A stretch of 64,000 bases of DNA. It comes from Gemmatimonadales bacterium. Its GTDB lineage: Bacteria > Gemmatimonadota > Gemmatimonadetes > Gemmatimonadales > GWC2-71-9. Location of the stretch: positions 171,304 to 235,303 of the forward strand of contig DASSYA010000017.1 in the NCBI GenBank assembly GCA_035703525.1, given 5' to 3'. Positions 54,899 to 62,927 of this stretch are shown piece after piece (within the stretch, counting starts at the first letter, position 1; each line of letters opens with the position of its first letter). A program made the translations under genes and the position numbers. The notes below the pieces were generated by a model. The model was not told where the DNA came from. It did no database searches and saw only the letters and a program-made list of their open reading frames with translations.

Positions 54899-55801
54899 AT
54901 GACCACTTCGTCTCGCATCGTCCGCATCGGACTCGTCCAGCAGCGGGTCGGCCCCGACCCTGCCGCCAACCTCGAGCGCGCCATCGAGGGCATTCGTGAG
55001 GCCGCAGCCAAGGGCGCCCGGATCGTCTGCCTGCAGGAGCTCTTCGGCTGGTACTACTTCTGCCAGCGGGAAGATCACGAATTCTTCAAGCTTGCCGAGC
55101 CGATCCCGGGACCCAGCTCGGAACGGCTCGCGGCCGTCGCGAAGGAGCTCGGGGTCGCCATTGTCGCCTCGCTGTTCGAGAAGCGGGCCGAGGGGCTCTA
55201 CCACAACACCGCGGCGATGCTCGACGCCGATGGCTCGTACATGGGGAAGTATCGCAAGATGCACATTCCCGATGACCCGCAGTTCTACGAGAAGTTCTAC
55301 TTCACACCGGGCGACCTCGGCTTCCAGCGGTGGGACACGCAGCACGCGCCGATCGGTACACTGATCTGCTGGGACCAGTGGTATCCGGAGGCCGCACGCC
55401 TCACGGCGCTCACCGGTGCCCAGGTGCTCTTCTATCCGACGGCGATCGGGTGGCTTCCCGGCGAGAAGGCCGAGTTTGGTGCGCGTCAGCAGGCGTCGTG
55501 GGAGACGATCCAGAAGAGTCACGCCGTGGCGAACGGCGTGTTCGTCTGCGCCGTCAATCGAACCGGCCACGAGGTGTTGCCCGGGAGTGAGCCGGGGCAC
55601 CCCGGGATCGAATTCTGGGGAGGCTCGTTCATCTGCAACCCGAGTGGCGAGGTGATCGCCAAGGCGGGTCAGGGCGAGGAGGTCCTGGTCGCCGACTGTG
55701 ACCTGGCCGAGGTCGATGTGGCGCGGACGCACTGGCCGTTCCTCCGGGACCGCCGCATCGATGCCTACGGCGACATCACGCGGCGGTATATCGATGAGTG
55801 A
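54899..55801 (+). CDS. aguB: N-carbamoylputrescine amidase (nitrilase superfamily)
   Basis: CN-hydrolase Glu-Lys-Cys triad context (CLQELF, YRKMHIP, LICWDQWYPE). Adjacent to agmatine deiminase. The upstream 425 aa of track ORF 53621..55801 are antisense to the kinase and are rejected. Confidence 0.85.
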   Translation: MTTSSRIVRIGLVQQRVGPDPAANLERAIEGIREAAAKGARIVCLQELFGWYYFCQREDHEFFKLAEPIPGPSSERLAAVAKELGVAIVASLFEKRAEGLYHNTAAMLDADGSYMGKYRKMHIPDDPQFYEKFYFTPGDLGFQRWDTQHAPIGTLICWDQWYPEAARLTALTGAQVLFYPTAIGWLPGEKAEFGARQQASWETIQKSHAVANGVFVCAVNRTGHEVLPGSEPGHPGIEFWGGSFICNPSGEVIAKAGQGEEVLVADCDLAEVDVARTHWPFLRDRRIDAYGDITRRYIDE

Positions 55802-56921
55802 GGATGGGGCGCGCACGGAGGGAGACGGGCGAGGAGGCCCCGCCGCCCTCCCTTCGGTCGGGGGTGGGGCGGCAGGCATGCTCCGCATGCCTGCCGAATG
55901 GGAGCGGCACCGGGGGACCTGGCTCTCGTGGCCGCACAAGGAGGCATCGTGGCCGGGCAATTTCGGTCCGATTCCCGGCATCGTCGCCGAGATGGTGCGC
56001 CACCTCGTGCCCGGCGAGGAGGTCCACATCAATGTCGCCGATGCCGCCATGGAGCAGGCAGCGGGCGAGGTCCTGCTCACGGCTGGTGTCTCGACCGACA
56101 ATGTCTTCTTCCATCATGTGCCGACCAACGACGCCTGGTGCCGTGACCACGGCCCGATCTTCGTCGAACGCTCGCTCTCCGGGGGGGGGATGGAGCAGAT
56201 CGCCCTCGACTGGGGCTTCAATGCATGGGGAGACAAGTACCCGCCCTATGATCTTGACAACCGCGTCCCCACGCGCGTGGCCGGGATCCTGGGCATCCCG
56301 AGCATCGCCCCCGGGATGATCCTCGAGGGTGGCTCGATCGACGTGAACGGGGCCGGCACCCTGATCACGACCGAGGCCTGCCTCCTCAACCCGAATCGGA
56401 ACCCCGAGCGCAGCAAGGCCGAGATCGAAGCGATGCTGCGCGCCTATCTGGGCGTGCGCACCATCCTGTGGCTCGGCGATGGCATTGTCGGTGATGACAC
56501 CGACGGGCATGTCGATGATCTCACGCGGTTCGTCGACGCGCGGACGGTGGTGACCGTGGTCGAGGACGATCCTGATGACGTCAACCATGACGTGCTGCGG
56601 GACAACCTCGCCCGGCTCCGAACGATGCAGATCCAGGATGGCACCCCGCTCCGGGTCATCGAACTGCCGATGCCCCGGCCCGTGATCCACGAGGGTGAGC
56701 GCCTCCCCGCGAGCTATGCCAATTTCTACATCGGCAACGAGGTGGTCCTGGTGCCCGGCTACGACCCCGAGCGAGACGAGATCGCTCGCCGGACCCTGCA
56801 AGGGCTCTTCCCGACCCGCCGGGTCGTGGTGATCGATTGCACGGCGATGGTCTGGGGCCTCGGGGCCTTTCACTGCCTCACGCAACAATGGCCGCTGACA
56901 GCGATCTCGACGGCGAGCTGA
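55794..56921 (+). CDS. aguA: agmatine deiminase
   Basis: RMPAEWERH N-terminal motif and C-terminal catalytic Cys context GAFHCLTQQ. The start is ambiguous: ATG 55794 overlaps the aguB stop, while ATG 55878/55887 fit homologue N-termini better but lie inside a perfect hairpin. Confidence 0.85.
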   Translation: MSEDGARTEGDGRGGPAALPSVGGGAAGMLRMPAEWERHRGTWLSWPHKEASWPGNFGPIPGIVAEMVRHLVPGEEVHINVADAAMEQAAGEVLLTAGVSTDNVFFHHVPTNDAWCRDHGPIFVERSLSGGGMEQIALDWGFNAWGDKYPPYDLDNRVPTRVAGILGIPSIAPGMILEGGSIDVNGAGTLITTEACLLNPNRNPERSKAEIEAMLRAYLGVRTILWLGDGIVGDDTDGHVDDLTRFVDARTVVTVVEDDPDDVNHDVLRDNLARLRTMQIQDGTPLRVIELPMPRPVIHEGERLPASYANFYIGNEVVLVPGYDPERDEIARRTLQGLFPTRRVVVIDCTAMVWGLGAFHCLTQQWPLTAISTAS

Positions 56922-56943
56922 CGCTCGCCGCTGAATGGGTCCC

Positions 56944-56974
56944 TGCAACCCTTCGGCCCAGGGCACCGTCCAAG
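56944..56974 (+). promoter_or_regulatory. ECF-type promoter TGCAACC-N17-GTCCAAG upstream of the ECF sigma gene
   Basis: Exact bipartite match, with the same spacing, to 60749-60779. Sequence verified through the translation of track ORF 56935..57549. Confidence 0.6.
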
Positions 56975-57033
56975 CTGACGTGACCCATACGATGACCTTT
57001 TCGACGCCCGTGGCCGGTGTACCGAGCCTCGAC

Positions 57034-57549
57034 ATGGAAACCGCCCTGGTCCGCCGTGCCGCCGCCGGCGACGAACACGCCTTCGAGGGGCTGTACCGCC
57101 GTCACGTCGACCGAATCCACTCACTGGTCCGGCGGATGACGGATGCGGTGCAGGCGGATGAATTGACCCAGGACGTCTTCGTCCGCGCCTGGCAGAAGCT
57201 CACGACGTTCCGTGGCGAGAGTGCCTTCGGGACCTGGCTCCACCGACTCGCGGTCAATGTCGTCCTCAGCCATCGTCGACGCGACCGCACCGAACGGGAC
57301 TGGTTGCTCCCGACCGATGACATCCTGCCCAGCCTCGGTCAGCGCGCCGTGCATCCGGGCGTCGCGATGGATCTGGAGGATGCGATGGCCAGACTGCCCG
57401 AAGGTGGCCGGCAGGTCTTCATCCTGCACGACATCGAAGGCTGGACCCACGAGGAGATCGCCGAGCAACTCGGCCTGGTCGCCGGGACCTCGAAATCACA
57501 GTTGTCGCGGGCACGTGCCGCGCTCCGGAGAATGCTCGATGGTTATTGA
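57034..57549 (+). CDS. ECF-type RNA polymerase sigma factor
   Basis: Region 2 (AFEGLYRRHVDRIHSLVRRM...DELTQDVFVRAWQK) and region 4 (WTHEEIAEQLGLVAGTSKSQLSRARAALRRML). Start is ATG 57034 or 56992. ATG 56935 lies upstream of the predicted promoter. Confidence 0.85.
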   Translation: METALVRRAAAGDEHAFEGLYRRHVDRIHSLVRRMTDAVQADELTQDVFVRAWQKLTTFRGESAFGTWLHRLAVNVVLSHRRRDRTERDWLLPTDDILPSLGQRAVHPGVAMDLEDAMARLPEGGRQVFILHDIEGWTHEEIAEQLGLVAGTSKSQLSRARAALRRMLDGY

Positions 57550-58084
57550 ACCCGATCGCCCCGACCCGCGTCTCGCCGGCCTGATCGACGGTCTCGTCGA
57601 TCGTGCTCCGGCGTCTGATCTCTGGCCCGGCATCTCCGCCCGGCTGACGCCTCACCGCCGCGGTACCGTGGTGATGCGGTGGCCCACCGCGCTGGCTGCC
57701 GGTTTGGCCCTCGTGACGGGATCCGTCGGCCTCACCCTGCTCATGCAGGCTCGACCCGTGGCCAGCCGTCCCCTCCCCGACCACCCGGCCCCGACCGGAC
57801 CCGAGGCGGTGCTGCCGGCCGGATTCGTGCAAGCGACCGGCACCCTGCAGCGGGCGATTGACGACCTCGAGCAGACCCTGGCGACGACGACCCAGGCCCT
57901 CGATCCCACCACCCGTGACCGGGTCCGCGAAGCCATCGCGACACTCGACGCGGCGATTGATGATGCACGCCAGCGCGCCATGGGGGCACCGACCGACCTC
58001 GGCGCGGCACGCTACCTCACGCGCGCGATGCAGCGGAAGCTCGATGTGCTCCAGAGCGTCGCCACCCTGACGCACCGGAGCTGA
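57539..58084 (+). CDS. putative membrane-anchored anti-sigma factor
   Basis: Overlaps the end of the sigma gene. Single TM helix (WPTALAAGLALVTGSVGLTLLM), with a short cytoplasmic N-terminus and a helical periplasmic C-terminus. No ZAS motif. Confidence 0.6.
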   Translation: MVIEPDRPDPRLAGLIDGLVDRAPASDLWPGISARLTPHRRGTVVMRWPTALAAGLALVTGSVGLTLLMQARPVASRPLPDHPAPTGPEAVLPAGFVQATGTLQRAIDDLEQTLATTTQALDPTTRDRVREAIATLDAAIDDARQRAMGAPTDLGAARYLTRAMQRKLDVLQSVATLTHRS

Positions 58085-58938
58085 TGATGCACGTCCTCCT
58101 CACCGCGGCCCTGCTCGGCGCGCCGCTCGCCGCCCAGGCACGCGATACGACGGTCCGGCTCACACCCGGCACGACCGTCGAGGTGTCGAGCTTTTCGCAG
58201 CCGATCATGGTCACCGGGACGTCGGGTGACTTGCTCACGGTCCGTGGCGCGACGATCGATGTGGGCCGGCGCACGGTCGAGATCGACGGACAGGTGTTCG
58301 GTCGGGGCCCGAAGGGTCCGATCATGATTCAGCTGCCCACATCGGCCCGCCTCACGATCGATGCCGTCTCGGGTCCGGTCACCGTGACGAATGCACCGGA
58401 CCGACTCGAGATCGATGCGGTGGACGGTCCGGTGAACATCACTGGTGGCCGCGGCGAGATGAGCATCTCCGCCACCGGCGAGATCAGCGTGGCGAATTTC
58501 GCCGGCGAACGACTGTCGATCAACGGACTCGCCGGCGGCATCATCGTCCGCGGCGCCAGCGGCATCGTGGAGATCGAGAACGTCAATGGCCCGATTCTCC
58601 TCGAGCGCATGGCGAGTCGCGACGTCCAGATCAGTTCGGTCAACGGTCAGGTGCGGTGGCGCGGGGACTTCGACCCGGCGGGTCGGTTCACGATCGAGTC
58701 GCACAACGGTGGCATCGAGCTCGTGGTGCCGGCGACCCTCAGCGCCAGGCTCCAGATCGAGACCTTCAACGGCGGCCTCTCCTCCGAGATCCCGGCGCGG
58801 ATCACCGGCGACGACCGGAGACGGGACGGCCCCCCGACGGAGCGAAGCATCACCGCCACCTATGGCCGCGGTCAGGCGGCGATCGACATCACGACCTTCA
58901 ACGGTGGCATTCGCATCCTGCGGCTCGGCGGGACCTGA
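58084..58938 (+). CDS. DUF4097 (Toastrack / putative adhesin) domain protein 1
   Basis: Signal peptide and repeated beta-helix-like units (IDAVSGPVTV, IDAVDGPVNI, SSVNGQVRW, ETFNGGLS, TTFNGGIRI). TGATG overlap with the anti-sigma gene. Confidence 0.7.
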   Translation: MMHVLLTAALLGAPLAAQARDTTVRLTPGTTVEVSSFSQPIMVTGTSGDLLTVRGATIDVGRRTVEIDGQVFGRGPKGPIMIQLPTSARLTIDAVSGPVTVTNAPDRLEIDAVDGPVNITGGRGEMSISATGEISVANFAGERLSINGLAGGIIVRGASGIVEIENVNGPILLERMASRDVQISSVNGQVRWRGDFDPAGRFTIESHNGGIELVVPATLSARLQIETFNGGLSSEIPARITGDDRRRDGPPTERSITATYGRGQAAIDITTFNGGIRILRLGGT

Positions 58939-58946
58939 TCCCGCAG

Positions 58947-60659
58947 TCAGTCGAAGGCGGGTGGCCGGCGGCGATGCACGTTCGAGAGCATCTGCCAGGC
59001 ATGCGCCATCCGCAGGCACAGATCTTCCCTCCAGAGCGCCCCGATGATGGTGAGGCCCTGTTGCGCACCATCCTCCGGTCCCCCGATCGGGACCGTCACC
59101 GCCGGATGCCCGGTGAGGTTGGTGGTCGCCAGCGCCGTCTCGGTCATCGGTGGTACCAGGATGACATCCACACCCGTGAAGATGGCGTGTACACGACGGC
59201 TGGTCAGGGTTCGGACCCGATTTGCCTGCACATATTGCACGGCGGGGATGAAGTGCGCCGCACGAAGCACATTGGGCCTCGCGTCCACCCCCTGGTCGAC
59301 CAGCCGATCGTCGGCACCGTGGGCGACGATCTCCTCGAAGGCGGCGGCACCCTCCACTCGCATGATGATGTCCATGGCGGTGGTCGGGATGTCGGTCGGC
59401 CACGCAACCGGCCGCATGCCGACACCCGCACGACGCAGCGTCTCCACCGCCGCCGCGACAAGTGGACGTTCGTGCGCATCCCCCGTGAGCAGGTCCGGGT
59501 GGAGTCCCACGCGGATCTCGGCGAGTGCCTGGTCGGGATCGAACGCGAACGGCATCGGATGCGACGACGGGTCCCGGGCGTCCTCGCCCTGGATGGCAGC
59601 GAACACCACCGCCAGATCTTCGGCACTGCGCGCGATCGGTCCGAGCTTGTCGAGCGTCCAGGCGAGTGACATCGCGCCGAAGCGCGACACCCGTCCGTAG
59701 GTCGGTCGCAGGCCGCTGACCCCGCATCGCGTGGCGGGAGCGAGGATGCTTCCCAGTGTCTCGGAACCGATCGCGAATGGCAGCATCCCTGCGGCCACTG
59801 CAGCGGCAGAGCCTGCCGATGATCCGCTCGCGCCCTCACTCACTCGCCACGGGTTGCGGGTCCGGCCGCCATACCAGAGATCACCATAGGCCAGCTCGCC
59901 GAGCGCGAGCTTCGCGACGAGGACGGCCCCGGCTGCGTCGAGTCGCTCGACCACGGCGGCGGTCTCCGGCAGGGTACGCTTCCGGTACATCGGGGTGCCC
60001 CAGGTGGTGGGGTAGTCCGGCACGGCCAGAAGGTCCTTCGCCCCCCAGGGTATCCCGTGCAGTGGCCCACGCCATTCGCCACGCGTCGCCTCGGCATCGA
60101 GCAGATCGGCCTGGTGGAGCGCCCGCGCAGCGGTCAAGGTCACGACCGCATTCAAGTCGGGATTGAGCCGCTCGAGACGGCTGAGCGTCCGCTCGGTCAG
60201 CGCCCGAACCGTGAGACGGCCCGTGCGAAGCAGTGCTCCCAGTTCGGCGATCGTGGCGAACCCCAGATCGGCGTCCGTCGCGATCGTCGGGACCGCGGCC
60301 TCACGAACCCGGACAGCTCCGGCCGGTGGAATCCCGGCAGTCTCCCCTGCCGGGACCGGGTCAAACCGGAACGCCGGAGGGACATCATTGGGAATGGGAG
60401 CCTTCTCGAGCGTGGCGTAGGCACGGAGGGCTTCCTCGAGGTGCCCCAGCATCTGGTCGCGGTCCGCGTCGCTGAAGGAGAGGCCGAGCACCTTCTCGGC
60501 CGCCGCGACTTGCTCCTTCGTGATCCGGAGGAGCTGCGCCGTGTCATGCGAATGCCCCATGGACCCGAGGGTGGCCCAGCTCCGTTCGGCCACCGTGAGT
60601 GGCAGCCCTGCCGCCGCACAGGACGTCAGGAAGGCTCGGCGATCGATTGGGCTCCTCAT
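58947..60659 (-). CDS. amidase-signature family amidase with Tat signal peptide
   Basis: Twin-arginine motif IDRRAFLTS, AS-family Gly/Ser-rich motif GASGSSAGSAAAVAAG and a catalytic-Ser region. GGGAG lies about 10 nt before ATG 60659. Confidence 0.82.
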   Translation of the reverse strand: MRSPIDRRAFLTSCAAAGLPLTVAERSWATLGSMGHSHDTAQLLRITKEQVAAAEKVLGLSFSDADRDQMLGHLEEALRAYATLEKAPIPNDVPPAFRFDPVPAGETAGIPPAGAVRVREAAVPTIATDADLGFATIAELGALLRTGRLTVRALTERTLSRLERLNPDLNAVVTLTAARALHQADLLDAEATRGEWRGPLHGIPWGAKDLLAVPDYPTTWGTPMYRKRTLPETAAVVERLDAAGAVLVAKLALGELAYGDLWYGGRTRNPWRVSEGASGSSAGSAAAVAAGMLPFAIGSETLGSILAPATRCGVSGLRPTYGRVSRFGAMSLAWTLDKLGPIARSAEDLAVVFAAIQGEDARDPSSHPMPFAFDPDQALAEIRVGLHPDLLTGDAHERPLVAAAVETLRRAGVGMRPVAWPTDIPTTAMDIIMRVEGAAAFEEIVAHGADDRLVDQGVDARPNVLRAAHFIPAVQYVQANRVRTLTSRRVHAIFTGVDVILVPPMTETALATTNLTGHPAVTVPIGGPEDGAQQGLTIIGALWREDLCLRMAHAWQMLSNVHRRRPPAFD

Positions 60660-60748
60660 GCCATGCACGCTCCCAGGGGTCGCGGCCCGTGGATTCGACC
60701 GCATTCACACGATACGCCTGACACACCCACCCAGGTTGAGTCCGGGGA

Positions 60749-60779
60749 TGCAACCATCGGCACCACCTCGGTGTCCAAG
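60749..60779 (+). promoter_or_regulatory. ECF-type promoter TGCAACC-N17-GTCCAAG upstream of DUF4097 genes 2 and 3
   Basis: Exact bipartite match to 56944-56974. Coordinates derived from track ORF 60520..61644. It lies 50 nt upstream of ATG 60829, which has an AAGGA SD. Confidence 0.6.
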
Positions 60780-60828
60780 GGGTGCGTCCAAGATCCCTAC
60801 TCCGCTCCCCAGACCCAAGGACACCACA

Positions 60829-61644
60829 ATGGTTCGTCTCCTGCTCGCCGCCGTTGCCGTCACCGGGTTCGGCCTGTCGCGGCACCTCACCTCCCCCGAC
60901 CCCGCGACGGCTGGGACCTCACTCCGGGCCCAGGATGACTACCGGTTCACGAAAGTGCTCAGGCCAGGCGACGAGCTGGGGATCTCGAACGTCGAGGGCG
61001 ACGTCACGGTGACCCAGGGTACCGGGACCACTGCGGAGATCTCGGTCCGCAAGCGAGTGATTCGGGGTGATGGTGACCTGGTCTCGGCGATCATGGAAGA
61101 GACCAGCGACGGGATCCGGGTCTGTACCGTCTACCTGAATCGACCGGACGAGGCGCGGACGAGTTGCCGCGGGGGCACTCACATCGATCGGCGCCGCGAG
61201 CCACTCGAGGTCGAGATGACGTACACCGTCACGATCCCGCGTGGCGCACGACTCGATGCCACCACCGTCGATGGCGACCTTCGCATCGAAGGGCTCGACA
61301 CGCCAGCCGAGATCACGACGGTCGATGGGGATGTCACCTATCGAGGCGTGATGCCCGCACACCTCAGTTCGGTTGACGGCGACGTGCTGCTCGACATCGA
61401 GGGGCAGGTGGCGCACGACACCCGCATCAGCACGGTCGATGGCAGCATCACGTTGCATCTCGACCGCGATGTCGCGGTCGATGTGGCCGCGACCAGCGTC
61501 GACGGTGACCTCGAAAGCGATTTCCCGCTGACCGTCAAGGGCAAGTGGGGCCCGCGCACCATGCGCGGCACGATCAACGGCGGGGGTGCGTCCATGCGCC
61601 TCTCCACGGTCGACGGATCAATCCGGATCCGTCGGGCCCACTGA
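60829..61644 (+). CDS. DUF4097 (Toastrack) domain protein 2
   Basis: Signal peptide and repeated TVDGD/SVDGD units. Shares RVCTVYL...RTSCRGG and VKGKWGPRTMRGTI with the next gene. Confidence 0.7.
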   Translation: MVRLLLAAVAVTGFGLSRHLTSPDPATAGTSLRAQDDYRFTKVLRPGDELGISNVEGDVTVTQGTGTTAEISVRKRVIRGDGDLVSAIMEETSDGIRVCTVYLNRPDEARTSCRGGTHIDRRREPLEVEMTYTVTIPRGARLDATTVDGDLRIEGLDTPAEITTVDGDVTYRGVMPAHLSSVDGDVLLDIEGQVAHDTRISTVDGSITLHLDRDVAVDVAATSVDGDLESDFPLTVKGKWGPRTMRGTINGGGASMRLSTVDGSIRIRRAH

Positions 61645-61671
61645 CCCCTTCTTTCCCAGGAGCCTTGCCTG

Positions 61672-62454
61672 ATGCTACGCCATGCGACCACCCTGCTCGG
61701 CCTCACGATCATCGCCTTGCCACTCAAGGCACAGGAGACCCACTTCGCCCGGACCATGTCGCCCGGTGAGCGACTCGAGCTCTCGAACCTCAACGGCCAG
61801 ATCCGCGTGACCCAGGGAACGGGACGCGACTTCGACCTCGTCGCCACCACGGTGGTGAAGTCGGGCGATCCACGCCTCGTCAAGGTGATCCTCGAGGAAG
61901 GCCAGGGCTTCGTCCGGGTCTGCACGATCTACCTGACACGCGACCCGAATCGGACCAGCTGTCGTGGTGGCAACTCGACGGATGACTGGACCAATCGGCG
62001 GGGGGAGCGTCTCGACATCAGCATCGACTACGAGGTGCGTGCGCCAGCGGGCGTCAAGCTGGAGGTGGACAATGTCAACGGCGGGGTCGTGCTGCGAGGC
62101 CTCGACACCCCCGCGACTGTCGAGACGGTCAACGGCGGGATCGCATTCGATGGGGTCGGTGCGCACCGACTCTCGACAGTCAACGGACGGATCACCGGTC
62201 GCTTCACGAGTTCGAGCTGGAGCGGGGACCTTGACCTTTCGACGGTCAACGGAGCCATCGACCTGACCCTCCCGGCCGACTTCGGCGCCGAGATCCGCGG
62301 CCAGACCGTCAACGGCGGGATCGACTTCGGGGAGTTTCCGGTCACCATGAAGGGGAAGTGGGGGCCCAGGACGTTCACCGGCACGATCGGCTCGGGCGGG
62401 CGGCGGGTGAACATCGAGACCGTGAATGGCTCGGTGCGGTTGCAACGGCGGTAG
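61672..62454 (+). CDS. DUF4097 (Toastrack) domain protein 3 (tandem paralog of protein 2)
   Basis: Signal peptide and repeated TVNGG/TVNGR units. Shares RVCTIYL...RTSCRGG and MKGKWGPRTFTGTI. Confidence 0.7.
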   Translation: MLRHATTLLGLTIIALPLKAQETHFARTMSPGERLELSNLNGQIRVTQGTGRDFDLVATTVVKSGDPRLVKVILEEGQGFVRVCTIYLTRDPNRTSCRGGNSTDDWTNRRGERLDISIDYEVRAPAGVKLEVDNVNGGVVLRGLDTPATVETVNGGIAFDGVGAHRLSTVNGRITGRFTSSSWSGDLDLSTVNGAIDLTLPADFGAEIRGQTVNGGIDFGEFPVTMKGKWGPRTFTGTIGSGGRRVNIETVNGSVRLQRR

Positions 62455-62471
62455 GAGTCTAGATTGTCCGG

Positions 62472-62864
62472 ATGGACAACTTCTTCACGACCGATGGCCT
62501 TGCCGCGTGGCGAGGCCATCTGCTGCATTCGACCGACTTCGCGGAGGCGGCGCGCGGCTGGAGTGGCACCCTGTTGCTCCGGGAGTCCGCCACCGGCGGC
62601 GATCCACGACGGGCATGGATCTCCCTCGAGGATGGTCGACTCCTCGAGCTCAGGGTCGGCACGGACGAGGATGAGGCCGTGGCGGAATTCGTGCTCGCGG
62701 CCGAGGCCGAGATCTGGCGCAGTCTCGTCGATGGCTCGCGCGATCTCGCGAAGGCTGCGTTCACCGGCGAGCTCAGACTCGAACGGGGCTCGGTGCTGCG
62801 TCTCTTGCCGCATGCCCGCGCGGCAGCGGCGTTGTTGCGGGCGGCACGGGGGGCTGCAATGTGA
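62472..62864 (+). CDS. SCP2 sterol-binding-like small protein
   Basis: 130 aa. The pattern ...AEFVLAAEAEIWRSLVDGSRDLAKAAFTGELRLERG resembles the SCP2/alkyl-sulfatase C-terminal fold. Weak, from memory. Confidence 0.4.
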   Translation: MDNFFTTDGLAAWRGHLLHSTDFAEAARGWSGTLLLRESATGGDPRRAWISLEDGRLLELRVGTDEDEAVAEFVLAAEAEIWRSLVDGSRDLAKAAFTGELRLERGSVLRLLPHARAAAALLRAARGAAM

Positions 62865-62927
62865 CCATTCGGGCTCGACTCGAGTCTCCCTGATGCGTTG
62901 AACCCGAGCGATCAGGGAGCCCATTCG

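Noticed and set aside
56935-57033. ATG 56935 as the ECF sigma start (longest ORF).
   Set aside because: The duplicated promoter motif (56944-56974) lies inside this extension. The added residues (MGPCNPSAQGTVQADV...) precede the normal ECF region-2 N-terminus.
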